33,988 nucleotides of DNA from Octopus bimaculoides (GCF_001194135.2 NC_068985.1:61603836-61637823); one strand, 5' to 3'; shown: positions 10,255 through 21,044, counted from the stretch's first letter. Translations and numbers: made by a program. Notes: generated from the letters alone by a model not told the origin.

Positions 10255-10886
10255 AAAATATATATGTATACATATATATGTATATGTATATATATGTATG
10301 TATATATNNNNNNNNNNNNNNNNNNNNNNNNNNNNNNNNNNNNNNNNNNNNNNNNNNNNNNNNNNNNNNNNNNNNNNNNNNNNNNNNNNNNNNNNNNNNN
10401 NNNNNNNNNNNNNNNNNNNNNNNNNNNNNNNNNNNNNNNNNNNNNNNNNNNNNNNNNNNNNNNNNNNNNNNNNNNNNNNNNNNNNNNNNNNNNNNNNNNN
10501 NNNNNNNNNNNNNNNNNNNNNNNNNNNNNNNNNNNNNNNNNNNNNNNNNNNNNNNNNNNNNNNNNNNNNNNNNNNNNNNNNNNNNNNNNNNNNNNNNNNN
10601 NNNNNNNNNNNNNNNNNNNNNNNNNNNNNNNNNNNNNNNNNNNNNNNNNNNNNNNNNNNNNNNNNNNNNNNNNNNNNNNNNNNNNNNNNNNNNNNNNNNN
10701 NNNNNNNNNNNNNNNNNNNNNNNNNNNNNNNNNNNNNNNNNNNNNNNNNNNNNNNNNNNNNNNNNNNNNNNNNNNNNNNNNNNNNNNNNNNNNNNNNNNN
10801 NNNNNNNNNNNNNNNNNNNNNNNNNNNNNNNNNNNNNNNNNNNNNNNNNNNNNNNNNNNNNNNNNNNNNNNNNNNNNNNNNNNNNN

Positions 10887-11290
10887 CACAAAAACATGGA
10901 AAGCGAACTTTCTTTTCGGACAACGAAAGAAACAAATAGAGAAACGAGACAGGCAACATACAGAACAATCCCTTCATCAGTTGTCCGCTGTTTTATCTAC
11001 TCCGCATTTCGAAGGTAGGGACAAGACGCGACTTCGTTAAAACAGTCCTTCATGCAAAGCAAATTAAATAAAATTTATGATATTTTCGGTGAGTCAAAGT
11101 GGTAACAAAAACAGGGCAGTAAGAACAAAACAGTAAAAACAAACGGTGAGTGCTGTTAAGCCATAACGAGGTGAAGTGGTGAACGCTGGAGAAAGGAGCT
11201 ATGACAACGGACAGGCAAAAGTAGGTCTTATCTTTGTGAAGCGAGAGGAAAAAAGAACGATAGCCGCTGTTCACGTGTGAGCAACGAGAG
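10887..11290 (-). repeat. Dispersed repeat, copy 1 (longer copy) of a ~270-bp duplicated element
   Basis: 10891-11158 aligns with 11655-11925 at roughly 85% by eye. This copy extends ~130 bp further to an (AG)n tract. Confidence 0.85.
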
Positions 11291-11305
11291 AGTCAAGGAG
11301 GAAGA

Positions 11306-11357
<52 letters not shown>

Positions 11358-11654
11358 AAGAGAACGGTGAAGGAGGAGAAGAAAACAAAGAAAGAAGAAT
11401 AGTGATAGAAGGAGAATAGAGAGTGTAGAGTGCGGATCAGAATTATTAAGATAAAACTTACTTGGAAATGGATGCGTGGCATTCGGATAGATCGCTAACA
11501 ACTACGCACATTTTTTCTTTTCTTGTTTCTCTCTTTGTTTCTTTCTGTGTTCCTTTCTGTGGAAGAGCGNNNNNNNNNNTATGTACATAACTACATATAT
11601 ATGTATATATACATGCATATATGGGTATAAGACGTAAAAAAAAACGGGAACATA

Positions 11655-11923
11655 AAAAAAACATGGAAAAGGAACTTTTTTTTCGGACAATGAAAGAAAC
11701 AAATAGAGAAACGAGACAGGCAACATACAGAAAAATTCCTTCATCAATTGTCCCCTGTTTTATCTACTCCGCGTTTCGAGGGTAGGAACAAGACGTGGTT
11801 TCGTTAAAACAGTCCTTGATGCAAAGCAAATGAAATAAAATTTGGGATTTTTGCGGAAAGTTAAAGTGGTAACAAAAACTGGACAGTAAGAACAAAATAG
11901 TAAAAACAAACGGTGAGGGCTGT

Positions 11924-11925
<2 letters not shown>
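11655..11925 (-). repeat. Dispersed repeat, copy 2, same orientation as copy 1
   Basis: Direct alignment with 10891-11158. Bounded by an (ATGT)n microsatellite. Confidence 0.85.
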
Positions 11926-11928
<3 letters not shown>

Positions 11929-11957
<29 letters not shown>

Positions 11958-12058
11958 TGTATGTATGTATGTATACACACACGCACGCACACACACACAC
12001 ACACACACATATATAATTCTTTTATTTGTCCCAGTCAATTGACTGCAACCATGCTATG

Positions 12059-12111
<53 letters not shown>

Positions 12112-12215
12112 ATATATATATATATATATGTTGTATGTATGTACACACACAAACACACACATACACACATATATGTATGTATATAAGAAAGAATACATAC
12201 ATACATACATACATA
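11929..12215. repeat. Compound microsatellites (ATGT)n, (CA)n, (TCTA)n, (TA)n with a ~40-bp SINE family 2 remnant at ~12015-12056
   Basis: Seen directly. CAGTCAATTGACTGCAACCATGCT resembles CAGTCATTTAACTGCGGCCATGCT at 10140. Confidence 0.9.
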
Positions 12216-12351
12216 CGTAGAAAAGTATGTATGGATTGCATCTTGCAGATTGTTTATATGCAGCAAAGAGAAATATGTTGCATCAATTCTTTTCTTTTAT
12301 TGTTATACTTGTTTCAAACTATCTCTCAATTTAAATTGTACATAATATTTT

Positions 12352-12545
12352 CATGGGAACTAAAATCTAAAAATATTATGTACAATTTAAATTGGGAGAT
12401 AATTTGTGAAGCTAAATCTTATCGAATAGGTAGTGCTTTTTGTTTATTATGTACTAATGAATTTAAGATGTTATTAACTGATAACAAAAAAATTGGTTAA
12501 TTCCCTAGATGATCGAAAATTAAATGCAGACATAAGTTAAATTAC
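12352..12545 (+). mobile_element. Penelope-like element, GIY-YIG endonuclease C-terminal fragment
   Basis: Translates as WELKSKNIMYNLNWEIICEAKSYRIGSAFCLLCTNEFKMLL...(LVNS)LDDRKLNADIS, matching the W.LK...Y.L.W.I...Y..G...C.LC..E...LN..E...C.H pattern at the end of PLE ORFs. Frameshifted near the end. Confidence 0.75.
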
Positions 12546-13046
12546 TTATATAATAAGTTTAGTTGAGTTGTATACTTATATGAACCCTAGTTTATGTTAC
12601 TAATTGTTCTAGTTATGATTTGTGTAGAATGTGTATAAATTAGCACGAAATTATGTCAGCTTAATTTAATTCGTCCTTAGTCGAAAGACATCGAAAGACA
12701 TCTGTTGTTATGTCGAAAGACATCTGTTGTTATGTCTTGTTTTATTATTTTTATTGTATTTGTGTAACATTGTTCGTTTTTTTTCGTTCTTGTTTTTGTA
12801 TACATTCGCTGCTTTCTTCCAAGGAATCTAATGCTCTTAGCTTAGTTTTTCCTTGGAGCTGACCAGATTGGAGCAATATCGAGAATAACCAGCCGAAATT
12901 GAAAGGATAATCTGGATCTCGACTGAAGAGAGAAAACTCCGAATGACCTGTCCGTGTTTTCTTTGTATCGTCTATTTGTATGTTTTGTCTCTTTCGTGTA
13001 CCACCTAACTGTCTGGATGTTTTGCGTCCTTGTCCCATTTTGTATT

Positions 13047-13049
<3 letters not shown>

Positions 13050-13113
<64 letters not shown>
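13050..13113. repeat. (CA)n microsatellite
   Basis: Seen directly; lies at the truncation point of the Penelope fragment. Confidence 0.97.
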
Positions 13114-13117
<4 letters not shown>

Positions 13118-13134
13118 TTTGTCTAAATGCGTGT

Positions 13135-14130
13135 ATATAATTCGGGCATTTAATGCAGTAGATCAAATTTCTGCTTTTGCAGTTCATATCTGCATTTACG
13201 AAAATCTTTCCATTTTTTTGTTCTAATGGATCTACCAGTAAGCATGTATTGACACATTCCACATTTGTTATCATTACTCTTGGTTTGATTAGTTATTATG
13301 TTCTTAATTTTTCACTTTGTTTCATGATTGGCAAATTTGTTTTGATGATGTTAACGATGTTTTAGTGATGCGGATTATGTTACTAGAAAATGTACTGTGT
13401 CCTGCTGATGGGTTCGTTTTTCTCGTGTTGTCCTAAGTTGTTCTCTAGCTATCTCTTTTGCTCGTTGCATGCTATTTTCTATAAGTAGGAAAGGGTAATT
13501 TTGCTTGAGCAGAAATCCTTTGAGTTCTATAAGTCTTACGTTCTTGGTATTTAGACCATCTACTATAGTACAAATTTTCCTGGCTAGACAGTGCGGAATG
13601 TTGCGTTTTGTGTGTGTTGGGTGGCATGATTTGAAATTTAGGTACTGGTGTGTATCTGTGCTTTTGTAATAAATATCAGTTGTGATTGTGGTGTTGTTTT
13701 TAATTACCATTATGTCAAGAAATGGTAATTGTGTGTTGCTCATTTCTCTTGTGAATTTAAGACTAAGATGTAGATTGTTGAGGAGGGTGCTGAATTCTTC
13801 CAGATTTTCTAAGGATTTGGTCTAAATTAGAAAACAATCATCGAAATATCTTTTCCATGTGTCCTCTATATGTCTTCTAATAGTCATGCTGTAGTTCTCT
13901 TCAATTTTTTATATATAGGTTTGTTCCAAGTATCCCAATATTGAGTTCGTGAAAACTGGAGCAAATCGCATCCCCATAGATGTGCCTCGAATTTGGATAT
14001 AGGTTTTACCGTAGAAAAGGTATGTATTTTTTCTAGGATGAAGCTGACCGCGTCTAGTATGAAAATTACTGTAAATTTGCTGGGGATCGCTTCTCTGTGT
14101 TTCCCGACCCTTTGTTTTATTGAATGCAGA
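13135..14130 (-). mobile_element. Penelope-like element, decayed RT core, thumb and start of GIY-YIG
   Basis: KHREAIPSKF..FIL, QIRGTSMG.RFAPVF, WKRYFDDCFL (YFDD at 13837-13848), LKFT..., LPFLDIMV...DIYYKSTDTHQYLNFKSCHP..KRNIP, then MNCKSRNLIYCIKCPN. Several frameshifts and stops. Confidence 0.93.
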
Positions 14131-14156
14131 GTTCTACGGTCCAAATTTTCTTTATT

Positions 14157-14925
14157 CAGGAACAGTGTGTAATCTTGGTATTTCTATTTCCTTGTGAACC
14201 AGTGAGATATCCTTCAGACTTCCGTAACATGAACGACAAGGGGTTTTCAGAAAGTATTAACATCACAGAGAGGCTGTCCCCTGGGAATATGCCTTTGCGA
14301 TACTGTATTCTATCAGTGATAATAGTCACTCTTTGTATTTAATTTCAAGATGGTGGCCCACGATGAAGTCAGGTCAGCTATGGCTTTAGCATGTTGAAGG
14401 CTTCTAGCATCCATGAGTGGGGAACAGTGTCAAAGGCTTTCTTGTAGTCTAGCCACATTGAAACTAGATTCCTCCTACGCTCTCACACCTCTGACATTAC
14501 ACTTTTGTTGATTAACAATTGCTCGGGATATGATCTTTAGAATGTTAGCTTCTTGTGCCAATATCCAACTATCAAGTCTCTTCCAGGTGTTTTTCCATCC
14601 TGGAGTTTCTGGATCACAGTTGCACGAGTTTCACCATTAATGTTGTATATCTTGGATGTAACGCAGGAGCAATAACTTCTTCAGATTTCTTCCAGGCACA
14701 GAGCATCTTGATGAAACTCCTTCTCTTCACTCCAGGTTTTCCTCGGGAAGGAGTCTAATTCTTCTCGTGAAAGAGCTTCTGTGATGTTCACTGCTCCTCC
14801 TCTCATGTCTCTGTATACTGCTGCCTGGTTCCGGTTAATTTTTTGTTTATTGTTCTTCTCTCGGTTATTCTCTTCTGATGTCGGAGTTTTTCACTGACAT
14901 GTACGTGATCTAACAGCATTTTACT
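14157..14925 (-). mobile_element. R4/Dong-like non-LTR retrotransposon, decayed RT fragment with internal deletion
   Basis: NRNQAAVYRDM, KTPGRDLIVGYWHKKL, QLLINKSV..RRNL.SMWLDYKKAFDTVPHSWMLE, KGIFPGDSLS..NPLSFML..EGY..KITH. These motifs are of non-LTR, not Penelope, type. Confidence 0.85.
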
Positions 14926-15142
14926 CTACTCACTTGAGGAAATGCATTATGCCTATGCCGCTATTTGCTGAGTGACATTAAACGCAATGTTGTTTACAAT
15001 ATATGTAATATTCAACAATGAACAGCGGATAATGATGTATTGAAAGAGTTGCAGGGATGTGTAATACAACTTATTTAATCCACCTCCTCTTATTTATAGT
15101 TTTGATATATACTCTACGGATACTGATGGATTTCTAGATATA

Positions 15143-16466
15143 TTAGGTCATCCCGTTCTGTCCGAATTATGAATAAAGAAAGCAAGTGATGAAATGTTAT
15201 ATTTAACTGAAATTTAATTATCAATGTACTTTCCCTCATTATCTATGACTTTCTTCCATCTATTTACAAGTTTTTTAATCCCATCAATGTAAAACTCTTT
15301 TGGTTTCAAAGCGAAGAACTCTGAAATGTCAGTTTCGACCTCCTCTTGTATTGCGAAAGCTATGTCCCCCAAATGCTTCTGTAAACTACGAAACAAACGA
15401 TAGTCTGAAGGAGCAAGGTTGGGAGATTAAGGTGGATGAGAAATTTCTTCCCAGCCAAGCTCTTCGATCTTCTGTGATATGATCTTTGCAGTGTGGGGTC
15501 GTACATTGTCCTGATGAAACATCCCTCCTTTTCGATTTACTAAAGCGGGTCTTTTTTTCTTCAAAGCTTGGTTCAAACGCTCTAATTGCTGACAGTAGAC
15601 TTTGAGCATTGATTGTTGCATTAGGTGGTAACAGTTCAAAGTGAATTACTCCTTTGCAATCCTACCAGATAGAGAGAAGAACCTTTTTCTCATGAAGTTC
15701 CCTTCTGGGTTGTGCTTGAGCTTTTTCCCTTTTACCAAGCCACTGTTTACGNNNNNNNNNNNNNNNNNNNNNNNNNNNNNNNNNNNNNNNNNNNNNNNNN
15801 NNNNNNNNNNNNNNNNNNNNNNNNNNNNNNNNNNNNNNNNNNNNNNNNNNNNNNNNNNNNNNNNNNNNNNNNNNNNNNNNNNNNNNNNNNNNNNNNNNNN
15901 NNNNNNNNNNNNNNNNNNNNNNNNNNNNNNNNNNNNNNNNNNNNNNNNNNNNNNNNNNNNNNNNNNNNNNNNNNNNNNNNNNNNNNNNNNNNNNNNNNNN
16001 NNNNNNNNNNNNNNNNNNNNNNNNNNNNNNNNNNNNNNNNNNNNNNNNNNNNNNNNNNNNNNNNNNNNNNNNNNNNNNNNNNNNNNNNNCCTGTTCGATC
16101 TTCATCTTCAAGGCTGAAATCTCCACTTCTGAATTTTGCAAACCATTTTCTGCAAGTTCTTTCATTCAAGCATTCTTTCCCGTAAATTGTGTGTATGTTT
16201 CGAGTCGCTTCGGCTGTAGAGTTTCCTTTCTTGTACTCATAAAGCATTATGTGCCTTAAAAAGCTCTTTGGATACTTCCATGTTAGAAAGGGTTTTAATC
16301 AAAGAAATTTTAATTCTATTATTCTGTAAAATAAAATTTAATTAGTTTTAAATGTACATAAATGCATAAAAGTAATTTTTAATTCCATTAGACATTCTAA
16401 AATACTATTAAATTTCTTTCAATTTTAAAAAAGGTAAAATCGAACAGAACTTATGGGATGATCTGA
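15143..16466 (-). mobile_element. mariner (DD34D) transposon, copy A, defective, gap in the middle
   Basis: TA-flanked TIRs: TTAGGTCATCCC[4-bp deletion]GTTCTGTCCGA at 15143 and TCGAACAGAACTTATGGGATGATCTGA ending 16466. Transposase remnant 15214-16281 with HQDN and SPNLAPSDY; frameshift near the start (extra A at ~16258) and an in-frame stop before SPNL. Confidence 0.96.
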
Positions 16467-16607
16467 TATATCCAGTAACAAAGGTCCCGCTGCATGATCG
16501 CATTTTTTAACCGCTACCCACAGAGGCCTTTCGCAGAGCACACAATAATTTTTTACACAGATTTTATGTTTGTGCATGATGTATTTATATGTATATGTGT
16601 ATATATA

Positions 16608-16930
16608 TCTATGTATATAAAGATGAGAATGTGTGTCTGTCTGTCTGTGTGTCTGTATGAATTCGTAAAACTTGAGAACTACACAACCAATTTCATTCAA
16701 ATTTTACACATGCCTTACTTAGGGTCCATGCAGTGTTATAGGCCAAATTTTGTTTTTTAACTTCCTGACTAGTGCGAGCCCAGAGCAATATCATATCTCC
16801 TTCACTATTTCAGTATTACGTGTCAGAAGTGAAACAATGACATCTCTCTATTGTAATGTCAGATACTTTCACTTTAATAGTTTCACTTTAATACTGAAAC
16901 TATTAAAGTGAAACTATTATCTCACATATA

Positions 16931-16965
<35 letters not shown>

Positions 16966-17242
16966 TATATATATATGTACATACAGTGTACATTTAAACA
17001 CATAAAAGATGTCCATAATAGGACATCTAACCCGCTAGAAGGAGCAGTCAAACTCCAAACCACAATTAGGGATAATTTCGGAAGGGAATGAAAGATAAAA
17101 ACATTTACCATCTATTTCCTGTACCATAGTTTCAAGCTATTTTCAGCAAAATAAAATAATTTGCTAGGCCAGCTATCATCAGCAGGAAAGCCAAGATTAA
17201 CATATAAACACGAGGCAATGCATATAACATGCCTCGTGCTTA
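16608..17242 (+). mobile_element. Probable non-autonomous Helitron/HINE-like element (5' end clear, 3' end uncertain)
   Basis: A|TCTATGTATATAAAGATGAGAATG, a (GTCT)n tract, then AAACTTGAGAACTACACAACCAATTTCATTCAAATTTT, an architecture typical of non-autonomous Helitron-like repeats. A 9-bp hairpin CACGAGGCA/TGCCTCGTG (17209-17238) lies just before the gap. Confidence 0.45.
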
Positions 17243-17674
17243 NNNNNNNNNNNNNNNNNNNNNNNNNNNNNNNNNNNNNNNNNNNNNNNNNNNNNNNNNN
17301 NNNNNNNNNNNNNNNNNNNNNNNNNNNNNNNNNNNNNNNNNNNNNNNNNNNNNNNNNNNNNNNNNNNNNNNNNNNNNNNNNNNNNNNNNNNNNNNNNNNN
17401 NNNNNNNNNNNNNNNNNNNNNNNNNNNNNNNNNNNNNNNNNNNNNNNNNNNNNNNNNNNNNNNNNNNNNNNNNNNNNNNNNNNNNNNNNNNNNNNNNNNN
17501 NNNNNNNNNNNNNNNNNNNNNNNNNNNNNNNNNNNNNNNNNNNNNNNNNNNNNNNNNNNNNNNNNNNNNNNNNNNNNNNNNNNNNNNNNNNNNNNNNNNN
17601 NNNNNNNNNNNNNNNNNNNNNNNNNNNNNNNNNNNNNNNNNNNNNNNNNNNNNNNNNNNNNNNNNNNNNNNNNN

Positions 17675-17741
<67 letters not shown>

Positions 17742-17744
17742 ACG

Positions 17745-18555
17745 GAGTGTTATTTAATACAGAGTTGGTTCATCTTCGGCACCGATCATAAGTTTAATAC
17801 GTCAAGAAATTGACTCATACAGGTTCTGATCGGTTGTTAATGGAAAATAGAGACATTCTCAAGTAAAACTTGCTTCTATTCTTTCTACAACGATAGTAGA
17901 GGGAAGCGGTTCTTCACTTTCTGCTCATTTTTGCTATCTCCCAACATAAACTCAGTCTGAAGTAGGAAAAAGAGGGTAAATAACGGATTCATTAAATATG
18001 ACATTGTTCAATTGAGCCATTGACTCTTTCTGATAGTATAGACAACATTTTTTCCACTGATCGGTGTTGATTGTAGATGGAGAAGGTTTAGCGATTGCAG
18101 CCTTTTCACGGTATCCAGCTTTTTGCAGCTCCCAACTAATGGTTTTGATTGTCACAAGGTTGGCAAGATGGTTTTTTTAGACACAACACGCTTTTCTATT
18201 CAGCTGTCTTTCTGAGAGCTTTGCATTCCTCCCAGAATTATACTGGCCAGAACTGATTTTGCCTTGGTTTTGGAATGCCAACATGACATTAGGGACTCTG
18301 CCTCTCAAAATATTAAACAATTCAACAGTTTTAGTGACTGAAGTTCTAGCCATCCACGCTCCAACAATTTGTCCTCGTTGGAAATTAGATAGGTCACGCA
18401 TTTTAACTTATTAAAAAAATCTTCAAAAACAAACAAAATACTGTATAATCAAGTACAAGCTATATATAGTACGTATGAATACACATATACGGACTTGAAT
18501 AGTTTTGAATTTGTTATTACCAATAATAATAAATAATGAGTGGTGTTTCCATACA
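17745..18555 (-). mobile_element. Internally deleted Tc1-like transposon
   Basis: MRDLSNFQRGQIVGA..SVTKT..GKISS...SGR..KLSER (18177-18401), KAAIAKP...VIF.ES...LFPTS (17952-18155) and a C-terminus QNLYESIS.RI...PTLY* (~17754). TIR remnant ATGGAAACACC at ~18542-18552. Most of the DDE domain is missing. Confidence 0.85.
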
Positions 18556-18913
18556 TTCTTATATTCACACACACACACACACACACACACATAAAACTTC
18601 ACGGTTACATAAGAATCTAAGCATATTCTTTCTATAGTTTCGATGTGCAGAAAAAAGGAAGGAGTTATGTGACGGAGTGTTTCACAGGTGATTGACCGCT
18701 CTTCAAAAAAGACCTACTCGGCTTCTTAGCTTCTTTCCCTAATCAGTAGCACAGATCAGCTACTATATAAGGCAGTCCTAAATTAGGCCAATACCACGGT
18801 GGATGGCCTTATTTGCATATTTGTGCCTTCGACGACTCATCATTAATGAAACAATATGACAATACAACATAAATCAAGGAAACAGAAATAAATCTCAATA
18901 TTACAAAGCTTCA

Positions 18914-19126
18914 AGGCAGTAGGGTGGCAGAATCGTTAGCAGGTCGGGAAAAATTATTGGCGGCATTTCGTCCGTCTTTACGTTCTCAGTTCAAATTCTG
19001 CCGAGGCCGACTTTGCCTTTTATCTTTTCGCGGTCGATAAAATAAGTACCAGCCGAGCGTTGAGATCATGTTAATCAACTTACCTTCTCCCCTAAAATTG
19101 CTGGCCTTATGCTAAAATTTGAAACA
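18914..19126 (+). mobile_element. tRNA-derived SINE, family 1, copy c, with perfect 17-bp TSD
   Basis: AATATTACAAAGCTTCA at 18897-18913 and 19127-19143; A-box TGGCAGAATCGTTAGC and B-box AGTTCAAATTC. Confidence 0.92.
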
Positions 19127-20037
19127 AATATTACAAAGCTTCACTTCCGGTTAAATTAGACTGTAAGTACATTCTTTCTATGCTAATGATGCATAAATGC
19201 TGCTTTTTTAGTATATATACCTTAAAGATGCAGACCACATTTCTTATCTATTATCTTGAGAATAGATACATTCCTGTTTTGTCCTGGCGCCAGATTTCGA
19301 AAGCTTAGACAAGCTCAATGGTCAGCTGTCTCGTTTTGAAGATAACAATTCAGTTTTACTTGTCATTAACTTCCCAACAAATTTTTTCTCAGTCTTAAAT
19401 TCCAGCATATAAATAGAATATGACCCTTTTATAAATCCCCTTTAAGATAAGCTTACATTAGTTTAGTTGTCTTTAAAATCGAGCTGCTTGATTGCTCACC
19501 AAATTGGATATCTCCAACCTATATTGAATTTTGATTTGCTTCGAATTTTCTTTTCCCCACTAGATATATTGTATTTCACTAAAATATTTGGCAAAATATG
19601 ACATAAGGAAACGGAATGGTTATGTAACAACAATCATTTACATAATTTTATCTAAAGTTATGTAATGGACTCGTATTTGCAATACACCACTGATTTGAAA
19701 CATGTGTAACAATTTTTTGAACTATCCATTCGTTTTTGTTCACTAAATATTCCGCGTAAAATGTAACAGATATACCTTTGATGCATACACTGATCTGCAG
19801 GTTACCCGAGACCAGTGAACAACTGTTTAACTCTATAGAGACTGCTGAACTAAACAGCTGAATTGCCTGAAATACTTTTTTCGGAGTACTCTGTTTAACC
19901 AAAGATACGTGGAGATGCTTCTTGGTTAATTTGCCAAGATCTATTTGACCCCTCTGTTTTACTATACATACATAATACATACATACATACATACATACAT
20001 ACATACATACATACATACGTACGTACATAGAGAAAAA

Positions 20038-20240
20038 GGACATCTATGGACCATTGACAAGGACTTTGCAAATCCAGTACCCAAGATACTCTTTCGGCTT
20101 GAGCAGCATACCTACGCGTCTAGTGCAAAGTATATCTGAACTTGGGATGCTGGGGAGAGAATGTAAATCCTTAATTCATATGCGACAAAAGATCACGATA
20201 TCTGGGACTATAAAACCTGCAAGACCATCTTAAAATTTAA
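20038..20240 (+). mobile_element. Highly decayed C-terminus of a REL-type non-LTR element (related to 32462-33095)
   Basis: One frame reads DIYGPLTRTLQIQYPRYSF...ISELGML.RE.KSLI...ITISGTIK, parallel to NYGQLL..HPDYKF...LDKLGFSEKESNQLI...VSGTVK at 32462-32707. Confidence 0.5.
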
Positions 20241-21044
20241 AGCATGATGGTTAAAACAAGATGCTTTCCTTTATAACTTTGCGACCAGTCTAAATTTATT
20301 CTGAATTAAAAGAGAATATACATACATACATACATACATACACAAACATATATATACACACACGCACATATATGCATATATATGCATATATGCATATGGT
20401 AAGTTCTTTACTTCTATGGTTAGTTAATCATCAGATAGTCAGGCTAAACAACAATTATCTATGGGAAACATGGTGTGACACTATTAAGAATCTGTTTAAG
20501 AAATGTTAAAATATATATAAATATATGTTATGAATATGTAATTGAAAATATAAATAAATGAATACAAAATTCACGCATAGATAGATTGGAAAGAGTGAGA
20601 GAGGGAAAAGGGAGAGAGTGAGGGAATGAAAGTCTAAGAATGGTAGGTGGTATTTTACAGCCATTAAGGAACCACATAATCTTCAGGATACGAGACATGA
20701 AGGCGACTAGGCGAGAGCTCACAAAACAAAAGGAAAGAGAAAATAGTGAGGGGGCGTAGGCAGGAAGAGCCGGCCACCCTCACAGGTTTCTGAGCAACAA
20801 CGTAAAGTCAGACTATTGCAGTAAAATATTGCAGTGAGAAAAGAGGGTGCCTGGGCAAAGGAATGTGGAAAAAGGGAAGAGGAAGGTGTGAGAGAAAGTG
20901 AAATATGTTCAACATTTTGTCCAACTAGAAATATATTGTAACAACGTAAAATCCCACCAAAAAACACGGAAAGAAGAGAAAATTAAGTTTCAAACTATGA
21001 AAAAGAAGTTAATGACAACAATAACGCGACGATATGGTAACGAT

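Noticed and set aside
12680-12737. Short repeats with GAAAG resembling a CRISPR repeat
   Set aside because: No unique spacers, only 2-3 units, no cas genes, and a eukaryotic context.
12923-12953. CTGAAGA-GAG-AAAA-CTC-CGAAT hammerhead-like motif on plus
   Set aside because: GAAA is broken (GAAT), there is an extra base before it, and no stem I or properly placed UH can be formed. At most a relic.
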